A stretch of DNA of 64,000 nucleotides from an uncultured Rickettsiales bacterium (GCA_900550565.1 URSG01000001.1:14456-78455); one strand, 5' to 3'; shown: positions 53,782 through 63,726, numbered from the stretch's first letter. A program made the numbers and translations. Notes: generated by a model not told the origin, from the letters alone.

Positions 53782-54423
53782 ATGAACAACAACTCGCAAC
53801 GTGGTGGTATTACGTTTTATGCCACAATGGCAATTTTATTGACAGCAATCGGCGTATTGGCATATATGCTGGTTGCGCGACATAACGCATCAAAATCCGA
53901 TGCCACAACAAATATAGTGTCGCCAATTATGTCGGACGACCAATCTGTGGCAAACGACGATGAATATGGCAATGGCGAATTTGACGATGGCCTGGGGCGC
54001 GCCAACAGTGTGACCAATGGCACCCTGGACGAATTTGGTGCCGGCATTGCCGAAACCAGTGTATTTGACCGTGACATAAACAACGACGGTCGGCGCGATC
54101 GCATTACACGAACACGTATTGAAAATGGGACGGCGCACTTTCATTACGAATACAAAATAGAACTGAATACACCGAACGGTTATGTTGACATTACCCCAGA
54201 TGGATTTCGCACAACCGAAGGCGCAACGTGCGCGTTGCAAAAACTGCGCTTTTATTTCAAGCCTGACTTTCACGTTGAAAAAATCTCGCGCCCGTGGCAG
54301 GAAACCTGGATTACCCCAACAATGGCCAGCCGCACAAACTATACAATCAAAAAGGACGCGTTTTATGCCAGCGCACCCCAGCAATTACGCAGTGTGTGCA
54401 ATGTATCAGATTTATTTCAATAA
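53782..54423 (+). CDS. Bitopic membrane/periplasmic protein, unknown function
   Basis: One N-terminal TM (ITFYATMAILLTAIGVLAYMLV). Starts 2 nt after the upstream stop. Confidence 0.45.
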   Translation: MNNNSQRGGITFYATMAILLTAIGVLAYMLVARHNASKSDATTNIVSPIMSDDQSVANDDEYGNGEFDDGLGRANSVTNGTLDEFGAGIAETSVFDRDINNDGRRDRITRTRIENGTAHFHYEYKIELNTPNGYVDITPDGFRTTEGATCALQKLRFYFKPDFHVEKISRPWQETWITPTMASRTNYTIKKDAFYASAPQQLRSVCNVSDLFQ

Positions 54424-55092
54424 CTGTAAATCACGCGCAGAATATACGATTGTCCCCGACACAACCAGGTGGTCATATAATTCAATTCCCACAGAATTCA
54501 GCAATTCCTGAACCTGGGCCGTGATTTTAATGTCATCTTGGGAAAAAGAACGTCCAATCGTCGGGTGATTATGAACCATAACAACATTGCGTGCGTTCAG
54601 TACCAACGCACGTTTTAAAATTTCACGCGGATAAACCGATGACTCGTCCCGGGTGCCACGCGTATGCACCTCGTCTGATAGCAATCTGTAATCCACGTCC
54701 AGATACAGGGTATGTACCTCTTCTATGGTTTTACCCATCAGTTGCGCCTTGCAATAATTCGCCAGCGTGCGACGGTCGTGAAATATAGATTGCGATTTCA
54801 TATCATCGTGATAGCCAATTATCATCAGTTGATTTATTGACTTTATAAACACAGCGGTATTTCGTCCCATACCTGGAATCTGGGTCAGTTTATCCACAGG
54901 TGCCGCCAGCACCGCCCCAACCCCACCAAACTGTGCAATCAGCATACGCGCCAATGGCCGCACATCACGTCGTGGTATCGCATACCCCAATAATAATTCC
55001 AACAATTCATAGTCCGCCAACCGCCCATCTAGAAATTTCTGGCGCAGGCGTTCGCGATGTCCTGTATGAAAAGATGTATCCGACGCAGCCAT
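54412..55092 (-). CDS. radC: RadC-like JAB/MPN domain protein (UPF0758)
   Basis: N-terminal GHRERLRQKF plus HhH region. JAB motif HNHPT...S..D. Confidence 0.85.
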   Translation of the reverse strand: MAASDTSFHTGHRERLRQKFLDGRLADYELLELLLGYAIPRRDVRPLARMLIAQFGGVGAVLAAPVDKLTQIPGMGRNTAVFIKSINQLMIIGYHDDMKSQSIFHDRRTLANYCKAQLMGKTIEEVHTLYLDVDYRLLSDEVHTRGTRDESSVYPREILKRALVLNARNVVMVHNHPTIGRSFSQDDIKITAQVQELLNSVGIELYDHLVVSGTIVYSARDLQLLK

Positions 55093-55099
55093 TATCCCA

Positions 55100-55873
55100 T
55101 TAAATCATACGTTCTGTGAATATGATGACACCATCTTCGGTAATTCCCAACGTGTGTTCCCACTGGGCCGACAGACCGCCATCAACCGTGCGCGCCGTCC
55201 AACCATCGGCATCAATTTTGCATTCTGGCCGGCCGGTATTTATCATCGGTTCAATCGTGAATACCAGGCCAGGAACCATTTTCACCTTGTCCCAAATTGG
55301 GTCATAGAAATGATAAATCTGTGGTTCATCGTGCATAACCTTGCCGATACCGTGTCCCACAAAATCGCGCGAGATAGAAAATCCGTGTGGTTTAACAACC
55401 GCCTCTATCGTTTTGCCAATTTCTGATAACGGCACCCCGGGCGCACAGACCGCAATCGCCGCGTTCAATGCGTCTTGACAGGTTTGCACCAATTCACGTG
55501 CGCGTGGCGCAACCTTTCCAATCATAAACATACGCGACATATCGCCGTGAAACCCCTTGTATTCGGCGGTCAAATCTATGTTCACAATATCGCCATCTTT
55601 TAATATACAATCATCACTGGGAATTCCGTGAACGATTACATCGTTGACCGATGTGCAAATACTTTTGGGATAGCCCTGGTACCCCAGGTCAGATGACCGC
55701 GCGCCATTGGCGTGCAACCACGACGCAACCATACGGTCAATTTCACCGGTTGAAATTCCGGCCTGGACATACGGGGAAATATAATCAAAACAGCGCGCAA
55801 CCAAATCGCCCGACGCACGCAAACGTTTAAAATCTTTTGGGGCATATACAGACGCCAACATAATACTTAACAC
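55100..55873 (-). CDS. map: Methionine aminopeptidase, type I
   Basis: Metal ligand pattern (D..NIDLT, HGIG, EPM, EHT). Confidence 0.93.
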   Translation of the reverse strand: MLSIMLASVYAPKDFKRLRASGDLVARCFDYISPYVQAGISTGEIDRMVASWLHANGARSSDLGYQGYPKSICTSVNDVIVHGIPSDDCILKDGDIVNIDLTAEYKGFHGDMSRMFMIGKVAPRARELVQTCQDALNAAIAVCAPGVPLSEIGKTIEAVVKPHGFSISRDFVGHGIGKVMHDEPQIYHFYDPIWDKVKMVPGLVFTIEPMINTGRPECKIDADGWTARTVDGGLSAQWEHTLGITEDGVIIFTERMI

Positions 55874-56859
55874 CTCCGCTTGTTTACTGATAACTTGAAC
55901 GCGCGCATTGATAATTTCAGCGCAAAATCACGCAACAAAATTTCTGGCAAACCGCCACTTGCGCGCAACTGTTTTTCCAGTTCATTTAAACGAATTAAAA
56001 CCGCAACGATTTCAGATTCTGGCCATATCTTTATTGCCTGGTTGAATTTTTCGGCAACTTTCCAAAACAGACGTGGTAATTGTCCGTCAACAACCGCGGT
56101 CTGTAATCTTTTGAAATGTGTCCCCAGAATACGCACCAGCGCATTTGGTTCGGTTCCTGCATACAGCAATCGGTCCAACGCCTGCATTGTTTGCGCCACA
56201 TGCCCAGCCGTCAGCGAATACACAAAATCGTCCATATCCGCCGCCGCCGTATCAGGCAAACATTTTTCCACATCGTCCAGTTCAACGATTTTCTTGTCAT
56301 CAACATATAATGCAATTTTGGTCAGAAAACCACGCGTAATACCACGATCGCCCCCCAGATGTGACGTCATATACGCCATCGCATCGGGTGTAATCTGTTG
56401 AATGCCAGCGTCCGCAGACAATTCACGCCGTATCAATGCCGCCAGAGCCCGCGCATCATCTGTATAGCACGGCAACGCCGCGATGTCATTGCCACCTTCA
56501 AATAAAGTGCGCAATGCACCACCTGCGCGCAGGTCACCGGCGCAAACAATAACCGTCGCGCACAACCCAGAATGTCCAACCAATTCAGAAATAAATTTTG
56601 CTGTGCCATCTGTTGCCCCAGAAATTATCACCATTTTCCGGCCACCAAACATTGATGGACTGCAACTTTCGGCGAACAGTGCGTCTTGCTTTTCGCGCAT
56701 TTCGTCCGCATCCAGTGCGAACAAATTATCTTTGTCTATTTCCAGTTTTTCGGTCGCGCGATCACAATATTCATCAACCTGGCCTGCGTCAGGCCCGTAA
56801 ATCAGCACCGCACGAATTGTGCCAATGCCGTTATTAAAATCATTTTCCTTCCACTTCAT
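55867..56859 (-). CDS. holA: DNA polymerase III subunit delta
   Basis: 330 aa. N-terminal VLIYGPD pattern and the conserved lptE-holA order. Confidence 0.75.
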   Translation of the reverse strand: MKWKENDFNNGIGTIRAVLIYGPDAGQVDEYCDRATEKLEIDKDNLFALDADEMREKQDALFAESCSPSMFGGRKMVIISGATDGTAKFISELVGHSGLCATVIVCAGDLRAGGALRTLFEGGNDIAALPCYTDDARALAALIRRELSADAGIQQITPDAMAYMTSHLGGDRGITRGFLTKIALYVDDKKIVELDDVEKCLPDTAAADMDDFVYSLTAGHVAQTMQALDRLLYAGTEPNALVRILGTHFKRLQTAVVDGQLPRLFWKVAEKFNQAIKIWPESEIVAVLIRLNELEKQLRASGGLPEILLRDFALKLSMRAFKLSVNKRRC

Positions 56860-57335
56860 TACTTTTCATCAGATTTTGTTTCGCGCGCAATTTCGGCAAT
56901 CGCACGTGTTCCGATTTTTTCTGCCAATACCGTGATTGTATTTTGCACCGCATTATTATACGACGCATTTGCCGCAACCAGATAGCGCACAAACGTATAT
57001 GATTCAGACGCACTTTCCGTGCCACGCGCAATCTGAACATCGCCACGGGCCAACGTGTAATCTGCACGAACAACAATTTCCTGCCAGGTGGCGTCGCCTG
57101 TTTGTTCCAGTGCCTTGTATTTTGTGTATGGTTCAGACAGATTGACCGTCAACGTATATTTTGCCGTGCGGTCATGTACGCCACCGAATTTTGCGTTCAG
57201 CGCATTGCGTAATTCAATCCCATTTATACCACTGATTGGTGCGACGTAAATATCGGTATCAGCGCCAGAAAACATCGGGCGAAAACCACAGCCTGCGCAT
57301 AACACCACACATATAATTGCCAGAATTCTTTTCAT
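56859..57335 (-). CDS. lptE: LPS-assembly lipoprotein LptE
   Basis: Lipobox LCAGCGFRP (the typical LptE N-terminus). Located upstream of holA. Confidence 0.7.
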   Translation of the reverse strand: MKRILAIICVVLCAGCGFRPMFSGADTDIYVAPISGINGIELRNALNAKFGGVHDRTAKYTLTVNLSEPYTKYKALEQTGDATWQEIVVRADYTLARGDVQIARGTESASESYTFVRYLVAANASYNNAVQNTITVLAEKIGTRAIAEIARETKSDEK

Positions 57336-57426
57336 AATTTTCGCGCCCTTTTTTGTATATCAGATGCGATTTCCTATTGCATTTTATACTTATATTACCT
57401 AGACTTTTAATAAATCGCAAGAGGGA

Positions 57427-58656
57427 ATGATGAATATTTTTATAATGATTCTGGTTGCAATATTTATGCTGGGCTATTACGTGATTGACAGCCCCAGCCA
57501 ACGTGTTCCCAAAACAGAAACCGAATACGCGGTTGCGCACGCCGACCTGCACGCGATTGCCCAGTGTGCCGCCGCTGTTCACAATGCGAAAATTCACGGA
57601 ACAGAATTTAATGACATTTGCGTCAGCCAAAATAATATCACCAGTCAACTGTATTGCCTGAACAATACCGGGCGCGAAACAAAATGCGAAATTGTGCGCA
57701 ACAAGAAACCGGCATACAGTTATATAATCACAACAACTGCGCCACTGGCGGCGGACGATTTTAACGAAATGATGAACGTCCTGGAAGAATACTATGCCGA
57801 TTCTGGAACGTTTGGAATTCTGATGGACGGTAAAATAACATCGGGCGGAACCGGGACAAAACGCACAGTTCCAAAAGCAATATTATCTGGATTAAAGTTA
57901 TCAGACGGCCAACTGGTTTATATGACGCAATACGAAATCCCAGACGTCGCGACTGAAATGGTCCCAACCGACACGGCCGATATAATATGCCCGACTGGCA
58001 CGGTAAAAACATATCGTTTTGGACGCTGGCAATGTATTGGATACAATACAAAATCAAATTGCGCCGGCGATATGATTTGGGATTCAGATTTGTCTGAATG
58101 CGTGCCTGATGAATCACGCAAACCACTGTGTGCATCACAACAGACCGCGATTATCGTGGACAGCGTATGGGAATGTATTGACCCATTTTCGGCCAAGGTT
58201 TGCCCAGACAAACTGGTGGCGCGATTGAATTATAACACGCTGGAATGGGAATGCATAGAAGACCCAAACAGCGTCCCAACAAAAACCAAATGCGACAAAT
58301 TTATCAGTCGCGATGTCCAGGGGGCCATTGGGGCAACCCTGCGCACGGCACGAACATCGTGTACAGATTGCGAAAAAATGATTATTGACGAAGATACATG
58401 CACGTCATACTGTGTCCCAGACGAGGCCAAGGTAAATGACCCTGCGTGCTATGCCGGCGATGCGCGCGAATGCAGTGGCCCCAGTCGCGCATTTTATTTC
58501 GGATTTCCAAACTATTCGTATGCGACAAATGTCACAGCGGTTGCAAAATACACAATCCAGCCGGGTGGTAATCGTCGTTTTAATTGTCGTGACTGTGGCG
58601 ACGGGGTAATTGACACCACAAAATCCCTGCCACCATACATCGCAACTTGCAAATAA
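57427..58656 (+). CDS. Cys-rich exported protein with repeated W-x-C-I modules, unknown function
   Basis: Hydrophobic N-terminus MMNIFIMILVAIFMLGYYVI, many Cys residues (~25 by eye), and three modules centred on RWQCIGY, VWECIDP and EWECIED. Confidence 0.5.
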   Translation: MMNIFIMILVAIFMLGYYVIDSPSQRVPKTETEYAVAHADLHAIAQCAAAVHNAKIHGTEFNDICVSQNNITSQLYCLNNTGRETKCEIVRNKKPAYSYIITTTAPLAADDFNEMMNVLEEYYADSGTFGILMDGKITSGGTGTKRTVPKAILSGLKLSDGQLVYMTQYEIPDVATEMVPTDTADIICPTGTVKTYRFGRWQCIGYNTKSNCAGDMIWDSDLSECVPDESRKPLCASQQTAIIVDSVWECIDPFSAKVCPDKLVARLNYNTLEWECIEDPNSVPTKTKCDKFISRDVQGAIGATLRTARTSCTDCEKMIIDEDTCTSYCVPDEAKVNDPACYAGDARECSGPSRAFYFGFPNYSYATNVTAVAKYTIQPGGNRRFNCRDCGDGVIDTTKSLPPYIATCK

Positions 58657-58690
58657 AAAAATGCGCCGAATTTTCGGCGCGTTTTTTTTA
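58657..58690. terminator. Bidirectional terminator
   Basis: GCGCCGAA-TTT-TCGGCGC hairpin with A7 and T8 flanks. Confidence 0.75.
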
Positions 58691-59500
58691 TCGTATTTTT
58701 TCTTTGTTCTGCATCATAATGTATTGCATATCTTGAACGGCCTGGTCATATAAATCCGGGCTGATACTGTTGCGATTATCAATCGTTATTTGCAGATTAT
58801 CCATCTGGTCGTCCAGACGTTCCTGGCGTGCCAATTCCGCCACAGACTCAGACATCGCCGGCCCAGGCACGTTCAACGGTGCCAATGCATCTGAACGCAG
58901 ACCGTGCGGATGACGCATTTGCACCACCGATGCAATTTCTGGGCGATACGGCCCACGCTTTTTTTCAAAGTCTGTGACATTTTGGCGCGCAACCAGTGCG
59001 ATACTGTTGCGCAAATGTGCCAAGATTTTATATGTATCATTTGAATGGCCGTCGTGAATTTCAATCTTGGCGTTGCCATTTTTGTCTGATGGGACAACAT
59101 CGCGCCACTGACCATTTGGGGTCGCATTACGTGTCATATACGACACCAATTCATATTGCACCTGGGCCAAGATTTCTTTGCCGGCCTGGGGCGTCCAGTT
59201 CGGCGCACCGTGTTCGCAAAAATAGAATATGTTATTTTTACCGTTATGCAAAAATGGCGACACAGTGCCAAATCGCGCCGGATTATAAGACATTTCATAC
59301 CACAGCGCATTGCATATAATATTACCATCAATATGGCCAACCGGCACACTGCTGAACTTTACAGGCGTGTCCCACTGGGCGGTTGCTTTTAATTTGGCGT
59401 ATGCCCCAGCCAGCCCACTGGCCGTAAATTTGCCAAAATATGGACGGTTTATGTTATATTTCAATATTATCTTGACCGACTTGTCATCTAAGCTCTGCAT
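58688..59500 (-). CDS. Hypothetical 270-aa protein
   Basis: Start moved to ATG 59500 (MQSLDDK) behind an AAGGGGGTG SD. No motif recognised. Confidence 0.45.
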   Translation of the reverse strand: MQSLDDKSVKIILKYNINRPYFGKFTASGLAGAYAKLKATAQWDTPVKFSSVPVGHIDGNIICNALWYEMSYNPARFGTVSPFLHNGKNNIFYFCEHGAPNWTPQAGKEILAQVQYELVSYMTRNATPNGQWRDVVPSDKNGNAKIEIHDGHSNDTYKILAHLRNSIALVARQNVTDFEKKRGPYRPEIASVVQMRHPHGLRSDALAPLNVPGPAMSESVAELARQERLDDQMDNLQITIDNRNSISPDLYDQAVQDMQYIMMQNKEKIR

Positions 59501-59569
59501 CTGCACCCCCTTTGACCACACATATAAAATATAGCGCAAAATGCTTTTTTGTCAAGTTGTCGCACAATG

Positions 59570-59598
59570 AAAAAGCCACCTGATTTGGTGGCTTTTTG
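59570..59598. terminator. Bidirectional terminator
   Basis: AAAAAGCCACC-TGATTT-GGTGGCTTTTT hairpin. Confidence 0.75.
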
Positions 59599-59606
59599 CA
59601 CGTTTG

Positions 59607-61190
59607 TTATTCTGCACGGGTGAACGCCCCTTTGTCCAGCATTTCGCGCACAGCGAAATGTTTTATCTTTTTCGCAGATGTTTGGGGCAATTCATCTTCG
59701 GTGATTGCAAAGTGTTTCACCCACTTGTACGGTGCGATTTTCAGGTTTGATGCCTTCATCAACATCGCAGTGCGCGCGACAGATGTCCCCGGCTTTACCT
59801 GGAACACGGCGAACGGAACAACCTTGCCGTTCAGAACGTATTCAAATACCGCAGCGGCCAAAATCTCGTCATTTTGCAGATACAAATCTTCCAGTTCATC
59901 GGGATAGACATTTTTACCACTGTCCAGAACAATGACCTGTTTTTTACGCCCTTTGACCACCAAGCGACCGTATTTATCCAATTTTCCCAAATCGCCTGTT
60001 TTAAACCAACCGTTTTCAAACGCGGCGGCATTTGCCTCGTCATTGTCCAGGTATCCTGGCATAACCATATTACCGCGCATCCAAATTTCCCCAACGCCTT
60101 CGCTGTCTGGGTTATGAATCTGGATTTCATTGCCCGGCAATGGGCCGGCATAATACATTGAACCGTCGGCGCGACGAAATGCAAAGTTAAAGTTCGCAGG
60201 CCCCGTCGTTTCAGTCAATCCATAGCAATCGCCAACAACAAAATCTAAATCTTCAAAGAATTTGCGTATTGTTGGTTTCAGCGTTGCGCCGGCCGATACC
60301 AGAACCTTGGTATTACCGCCGAATATTTCGTGTACTGGCTTGGTCACCTTGTTCACCAAAAATCCCAATCCGATTGCACGCAACACACGACGCGACGACA
60401 TAACCATACGCATCACCAGATACATATGTTTTTCACGGGCAGCATCTACGATTTTTTTATAGAACCCTTCCCAGACGCGGGGGACTGCTGGGATAACCTC
60501 GGGCCGGTATTGTTTAAAATCTTTCAGGAATTCGCGCGGATTTAACACCGGCTGCAACAGCAATTTACCACGCAGCACAATCGGCGCAATAATATTTATA
60601 ACCACGCCATATATATGATACAGTGGCAAAAATCCATAGAACGTATATCCCGGGTGAATCACAGGTGTATAAAATAATGCCCCGTCGGCCAACGACAACA
60701 AATTATCATGCGTCAGACCAACAACCTTGGGGTTTCCGGTTGACCCAGATGTGAACGATAACATTGCAATATCGTCACGATTGACATCTGCGGCAACAAA
60801 TTCTTTTTCATCGGTGTCATCAATGGATTCAATATCAAACATTTCCGGCCCACCGTCAACAAAGTGCGACTTTTGTGCCAACGCCAATTTACAATTTGTG
60901 CGTTGCATCATATTCAGGTGTTCAGATGCCGACAACCCTGTGTCCAACATCAATGCACGTGCGCCCTGGGACAGAATCGCAAAATACGATTTGATAAATT
61001 CCGGGGTATTACCCGACAGAATCGCAACCGTATCGCCCTTTTTAATACCAAAGCGTTTTGCCAACAGCACTGCGCGCTGTTTCACCTTTTTTAACAAATC
61101 TGCGTATGTTTCGTTCTGTCTGACAAAGAAAATACTGTCTTTGTTCTGGGAACATACATCACGCAGCAAATCATAAACATTTTTCATCAT
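59607..61190 (-). CDS. AMP-dependent acyl-CoA synthetase/ligase (FadD-like)
   Basis: AMP-binding signature SFTSGSTGNPKVV. C-terminal GWFKTGDLG and K-containing motif. Confidence 0.85.
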   Translation of the reverse strand: MMKNVYDLLRDVCSQNKDSIFFVRQNETYADLLKKVKQRAVLLAKRFGIKKGDTVAILSGNTPEFIKSYFAILSQGARALMLDTGLSASEHLNMMQRTNCKLALAQKSHFVDGGPEMFDIESIDDTDEKEFVAADVNRDDIAMLSFTSGSTGNPKVVGLTHDNLLSLADGALFYTPVIHPGYTFYGFLPLYHIYGVVINIIAPIVLRGKLLLQPVLNPREFLKDFKQYRPEVIPAVPRVWEGFYKKIVDAAREKHMYLVMRMVMSSRRVLRAIGLGFLVNKVTKPVHEIFGGNTKVLVSAGATLKPTIRKFFEDLDFVVGDCYGLTETTGPANFNFAFRRADGSMYYAGPLPGNEIQIHNPDSEGVGEIWMRGNMVMPGYLDNDEANAAAFENGWFKTGDLGKLDKYGRLVVKGRKKQVIVLDSGKNVYPDELEDLYLQNDEILAAAVFEYVLNGKVVPFAVFQVKPGTSVARTAMLMKASNLKIAPYKWVKHFAITEDELPQTSAKKIKHFAVREMLDKGAFTRAE

Positions 61191-61572
61191 GATAATTATG
61201 CTCTTTATATTTTTTTGTTAAAAGTCCAGACAACCATTATCCAGACCTGATTGTCAGTATACTGTTTTTATCCCAGGAAACACAACCTATTTTAACACAA
61301 CCACAAAAAACGTACCTTTTTTATACAAGTGCATCTTTTGATTCGTCAAGATATAGATATTTTTTGCCAAAAATATATCTATATTTTGTATTTTTGTTCA
61401 AAAACGAATCAGTCGTTTATACATAATCCACGTTTTTATAATACAAAAACGTGTTTAGTATGACGATTCGTTTTTGAAATATACGTCCAACTGCCCAGAA
61501 AATCCCCCTTTTTAAAAGTAAAGCGAAAAATGAAAAAAATTTTACTTTTTCTGTATTGATAAAGAACCTATA

Positions 61573-61588
61573 AAACTATATATTGACA
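61573..61588. promoter_or_regulatory. NrdR-box-like site 1
   Basis: AAACTATATATTGACA: 12/16 to the remembered consensus acaCwAtATaTwGtgt. Confidence 0.4.
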
Positions 61589-61605
61589 TCAAACAAGAAA
61601 AACAA

Positions 61606-61621
61606 CCACTATATATTGTGT
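61606..61621. promoter_or_regulatory. NrdR-box-like site 2
   Basis: CCACTATATATTGTGT: 15/16 to the remembered consensus. Shares the 11-mer ACTATATATTG with site 1, 33 bp apart. Confidence 0.5.
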
Positions 61622-61644
61622 TTTTTAATAAATAGGGGCGAACA

Positions 61645-63678
61645 ATGTCTGTGACACAGAACGAAACAAAAATAGAGATTATTCCTACACTTACATCCAA
61701 CTTGGTCGTGGTTCAAAAGCGCAGTGGTGAAACTGTTCCGTTTGATGCCAAGAAAATATATGACGCAATTAAAAAGGCTGTTGCCGTCACACACGAAGTG
61801 TCTGATGAAAAAATTATCCAAATTGCCCAGTCTGCACTGGACACATTGGGTGCAGACTTTGCGTCCAAAACGCCCAAGGTTGAAGAAATCCAGGAAATTG
61901 TTATTCAAACATTGATGAACGCCCGTGCCTATAAAACAGCCGAGGCGTATATTATTTACCGCCAGAAACGCAGTGAAATACGCGATTCTTATGTTGATGC
62001 CGTAGAGGTTATAGAAGGATACGTTGGCGGTTCTAATTGGCGGATCAAGGAAAATGCAAACGTTGGATATTCAATCGGCGGATTGATTTTGCGCACCAGT
62101 GAACGCGTCACCGCGGAATATTGGTTGAACCTGTATCCGCGCGAAATTGCCGAAGCGCACAAGAACGCCGCGTTTCATATTCATGACCTGGGCTGGCTGA
62201 CGGGATATTGTGCCGGCTGGTCATTGCGCGAATTGTTATACGAAGGATTTAACGGCGTCCCGGGTTATCTGCAATGCGAACCGGCGCGCCACATGGCAAC
62301 TGCGATTTCGCACATGGTAAATTTCTTGGGGACGTTGCAAAACGAATTTGCTGGGGCCCAGGCATTCTCGTCTGTGGACACATATCTGGCACCGTATGTT
62401 CGTATTGATAACCTGTCGTATGCAGATGTTAAAAACGCGATGCAGACATTGATATTCAACTGTGCTGTGCCGTGCCGTTGGGGAACCCAGACGCCGTTTA
62501 TCAATTTCACGTTTGACTGGACCTGCCCCAAGGATTTACGCGACCAGCGTCCGTTTATCGGCAAAAAACAGGTTGATTTTACATACGGCGACCTGCAGGC
62601 GGAAATGGACATCATCAACAAAGCGTTCTTAGAGGTTATGACCGAAGGTGACGCGTTGGGCCGTCCGTTCACGTTCCCAATTCCGACATATAATATCACA
62701 GATGATTTTCCGTGGAATCACCCAAATGTAAAACCTTTGTTTGATTTGGCGGCAAAATACGGCATTCCGAATTTCCAGAATTTCTTGAATTCTGATTTGA
62801 ATCCGACCGACGTTCGTTCTATGTGTTGCCGTCTGCGTCTGGACGTGCGCGAATTGTTAAAGCGCGGTGGTGGCCTGTTCGGCAGTGCGGAAAAAACCGG
62901 TTCTATTGGTGTTGTCACAATCAACTTGGCGCGGTTGGGCTATGTTCACCGTGGCGACCGTGACGGGCTGTTCGCAGAATTAAAACGCCTGTTGGAACTG
63001 GGACGCGATTCACTGGAAATCAAGCGCAAGATTATCACCAAAAATATGGAACGTGGCCTGTATCCGTTCACCCGTCGTTATCTGGGCGATTGGTCACACC
63101 ACTTTTCTACCATCGGTGTAAATGGCGCAAATGAAATGGTTCGCAACTTTACAGGCGACCGCGAAAACATCGCGACCCCAATGGGCAAAAAATTGGTTCT
63201 GGACGTAATGGACTTTATCCGTGAAAACCTGGCGAATTTCCAGGAACAAACCGGCAACCTGTATAATCTGGAAGCGACCCCGGCCGAAGGCTGTTCGTAT
63301 CGTTTTGCAAAAACTGACGTGAAAAATTTCCCAGACATCATCACAGCTGGGACACACGACGCACCGTATTATACAAATTCAACCCAGTTGCCAGTGAACT
63401 TTACCGACGATCCATTTGTCGCACTGGAACACCAAGAAGAATTACAGCGTAAATACACCGGTGGCACAATGTTGCACCTGTATATGGGCGAACCCGTATC
63501 CAGTGGCGAAGCCGCCCAGAAAATTGTTCGGACAATCTTTGAAAATTACAAGATTCCGTATATGACGCTGACCCCGACATTTTCAATCTGTCCAAAGCAC
63601 GGATATTTGCCGGGACGCTATGAATTCTGTCCGAAATGCGACGCGGAAATCGCCGCAAATCAAAACAGTGAACAATAA
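61645..63678 (+). CDS. nrdD: Anaerobic ribonucleoside-triphosphate reductase (class III), large polypeptide lacking the glycyl-radical segment
   Basis: N-terminal ATP-cone, NrdD core, and a C-terminal Zn-ribbon-like CPKHG...CPKCD. Stops 11 aa after the last Cys. Confidence 0.88.
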   Translation: MSVTQNETKIEIIPTLTSNLVVVQKRSGETVPFDAKKIYDAIKKAVAVTHEVSDEKIIQIAQSALDTLGADFASKTPKVEEIQEIVIQTLMNARAYKTAEAYIIYRQKRSEIRDSYVDAVEVIEGYVGGSNWRIKENANVGYSIGGLILRTSERVTAEYWLNLYPREIAEAHKNAAFHIHDLGWLTGYCAGWSLRELLYEGFNGVPGYLQCEPARHMATAISHMVNFLGTLQNEFAGAQAFSSVDTYLAPYVRIDNLSYADVKNAMQTLIFNCAVPCRWGTQTPFINFTFDWTCPKDLRDQRPFIGKKQVDFTYGDLQAEMDIINKAFLEVMTEGDALGRPFTFPIPTYNITDDFPWNHPNVKPLFDLAAKYGIPNFQNFLNSDLNPTDVRSMCCRLRLDVRELLKRGGGLFGSAEKTGSIGVVTINLARLGYVHRGDRDGLFAELKRLLELGRDSLEIKRKIITKNMERGLYPFTRRYLGDWSHHFSTIGVNGANEMVRNFTGDRENIATPMGKKLVLDVMDFIRENLANFQEQTGNLYNLEATPAEGCSYRFAKTDVKNFPDIITAGTHDAPYYTNSTQLPVNFTDDPFVALEHQEELQRKYTGGTMLHLYMGEPVSSGEAAQKIVRTIFENYKIPYMTLTPTFSICPKHGYLPGRYEFCPKCDAEIAANQNSEQ

Positions 63679-63726
63679 ACCTAAACGCTAATAATGCATT
63701 GCACAAAAAAATAAGGGAGGAAAACT

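Noticed and set aside
61338-61349. FNR/CRP-type box (TTGATTCGTCAA) upstream of the anaerobic reductase.
   Set aside because: The half-site spacing does not fit TTGAT-N4-ATCAA, and only the 4-nt ends are palindromic.
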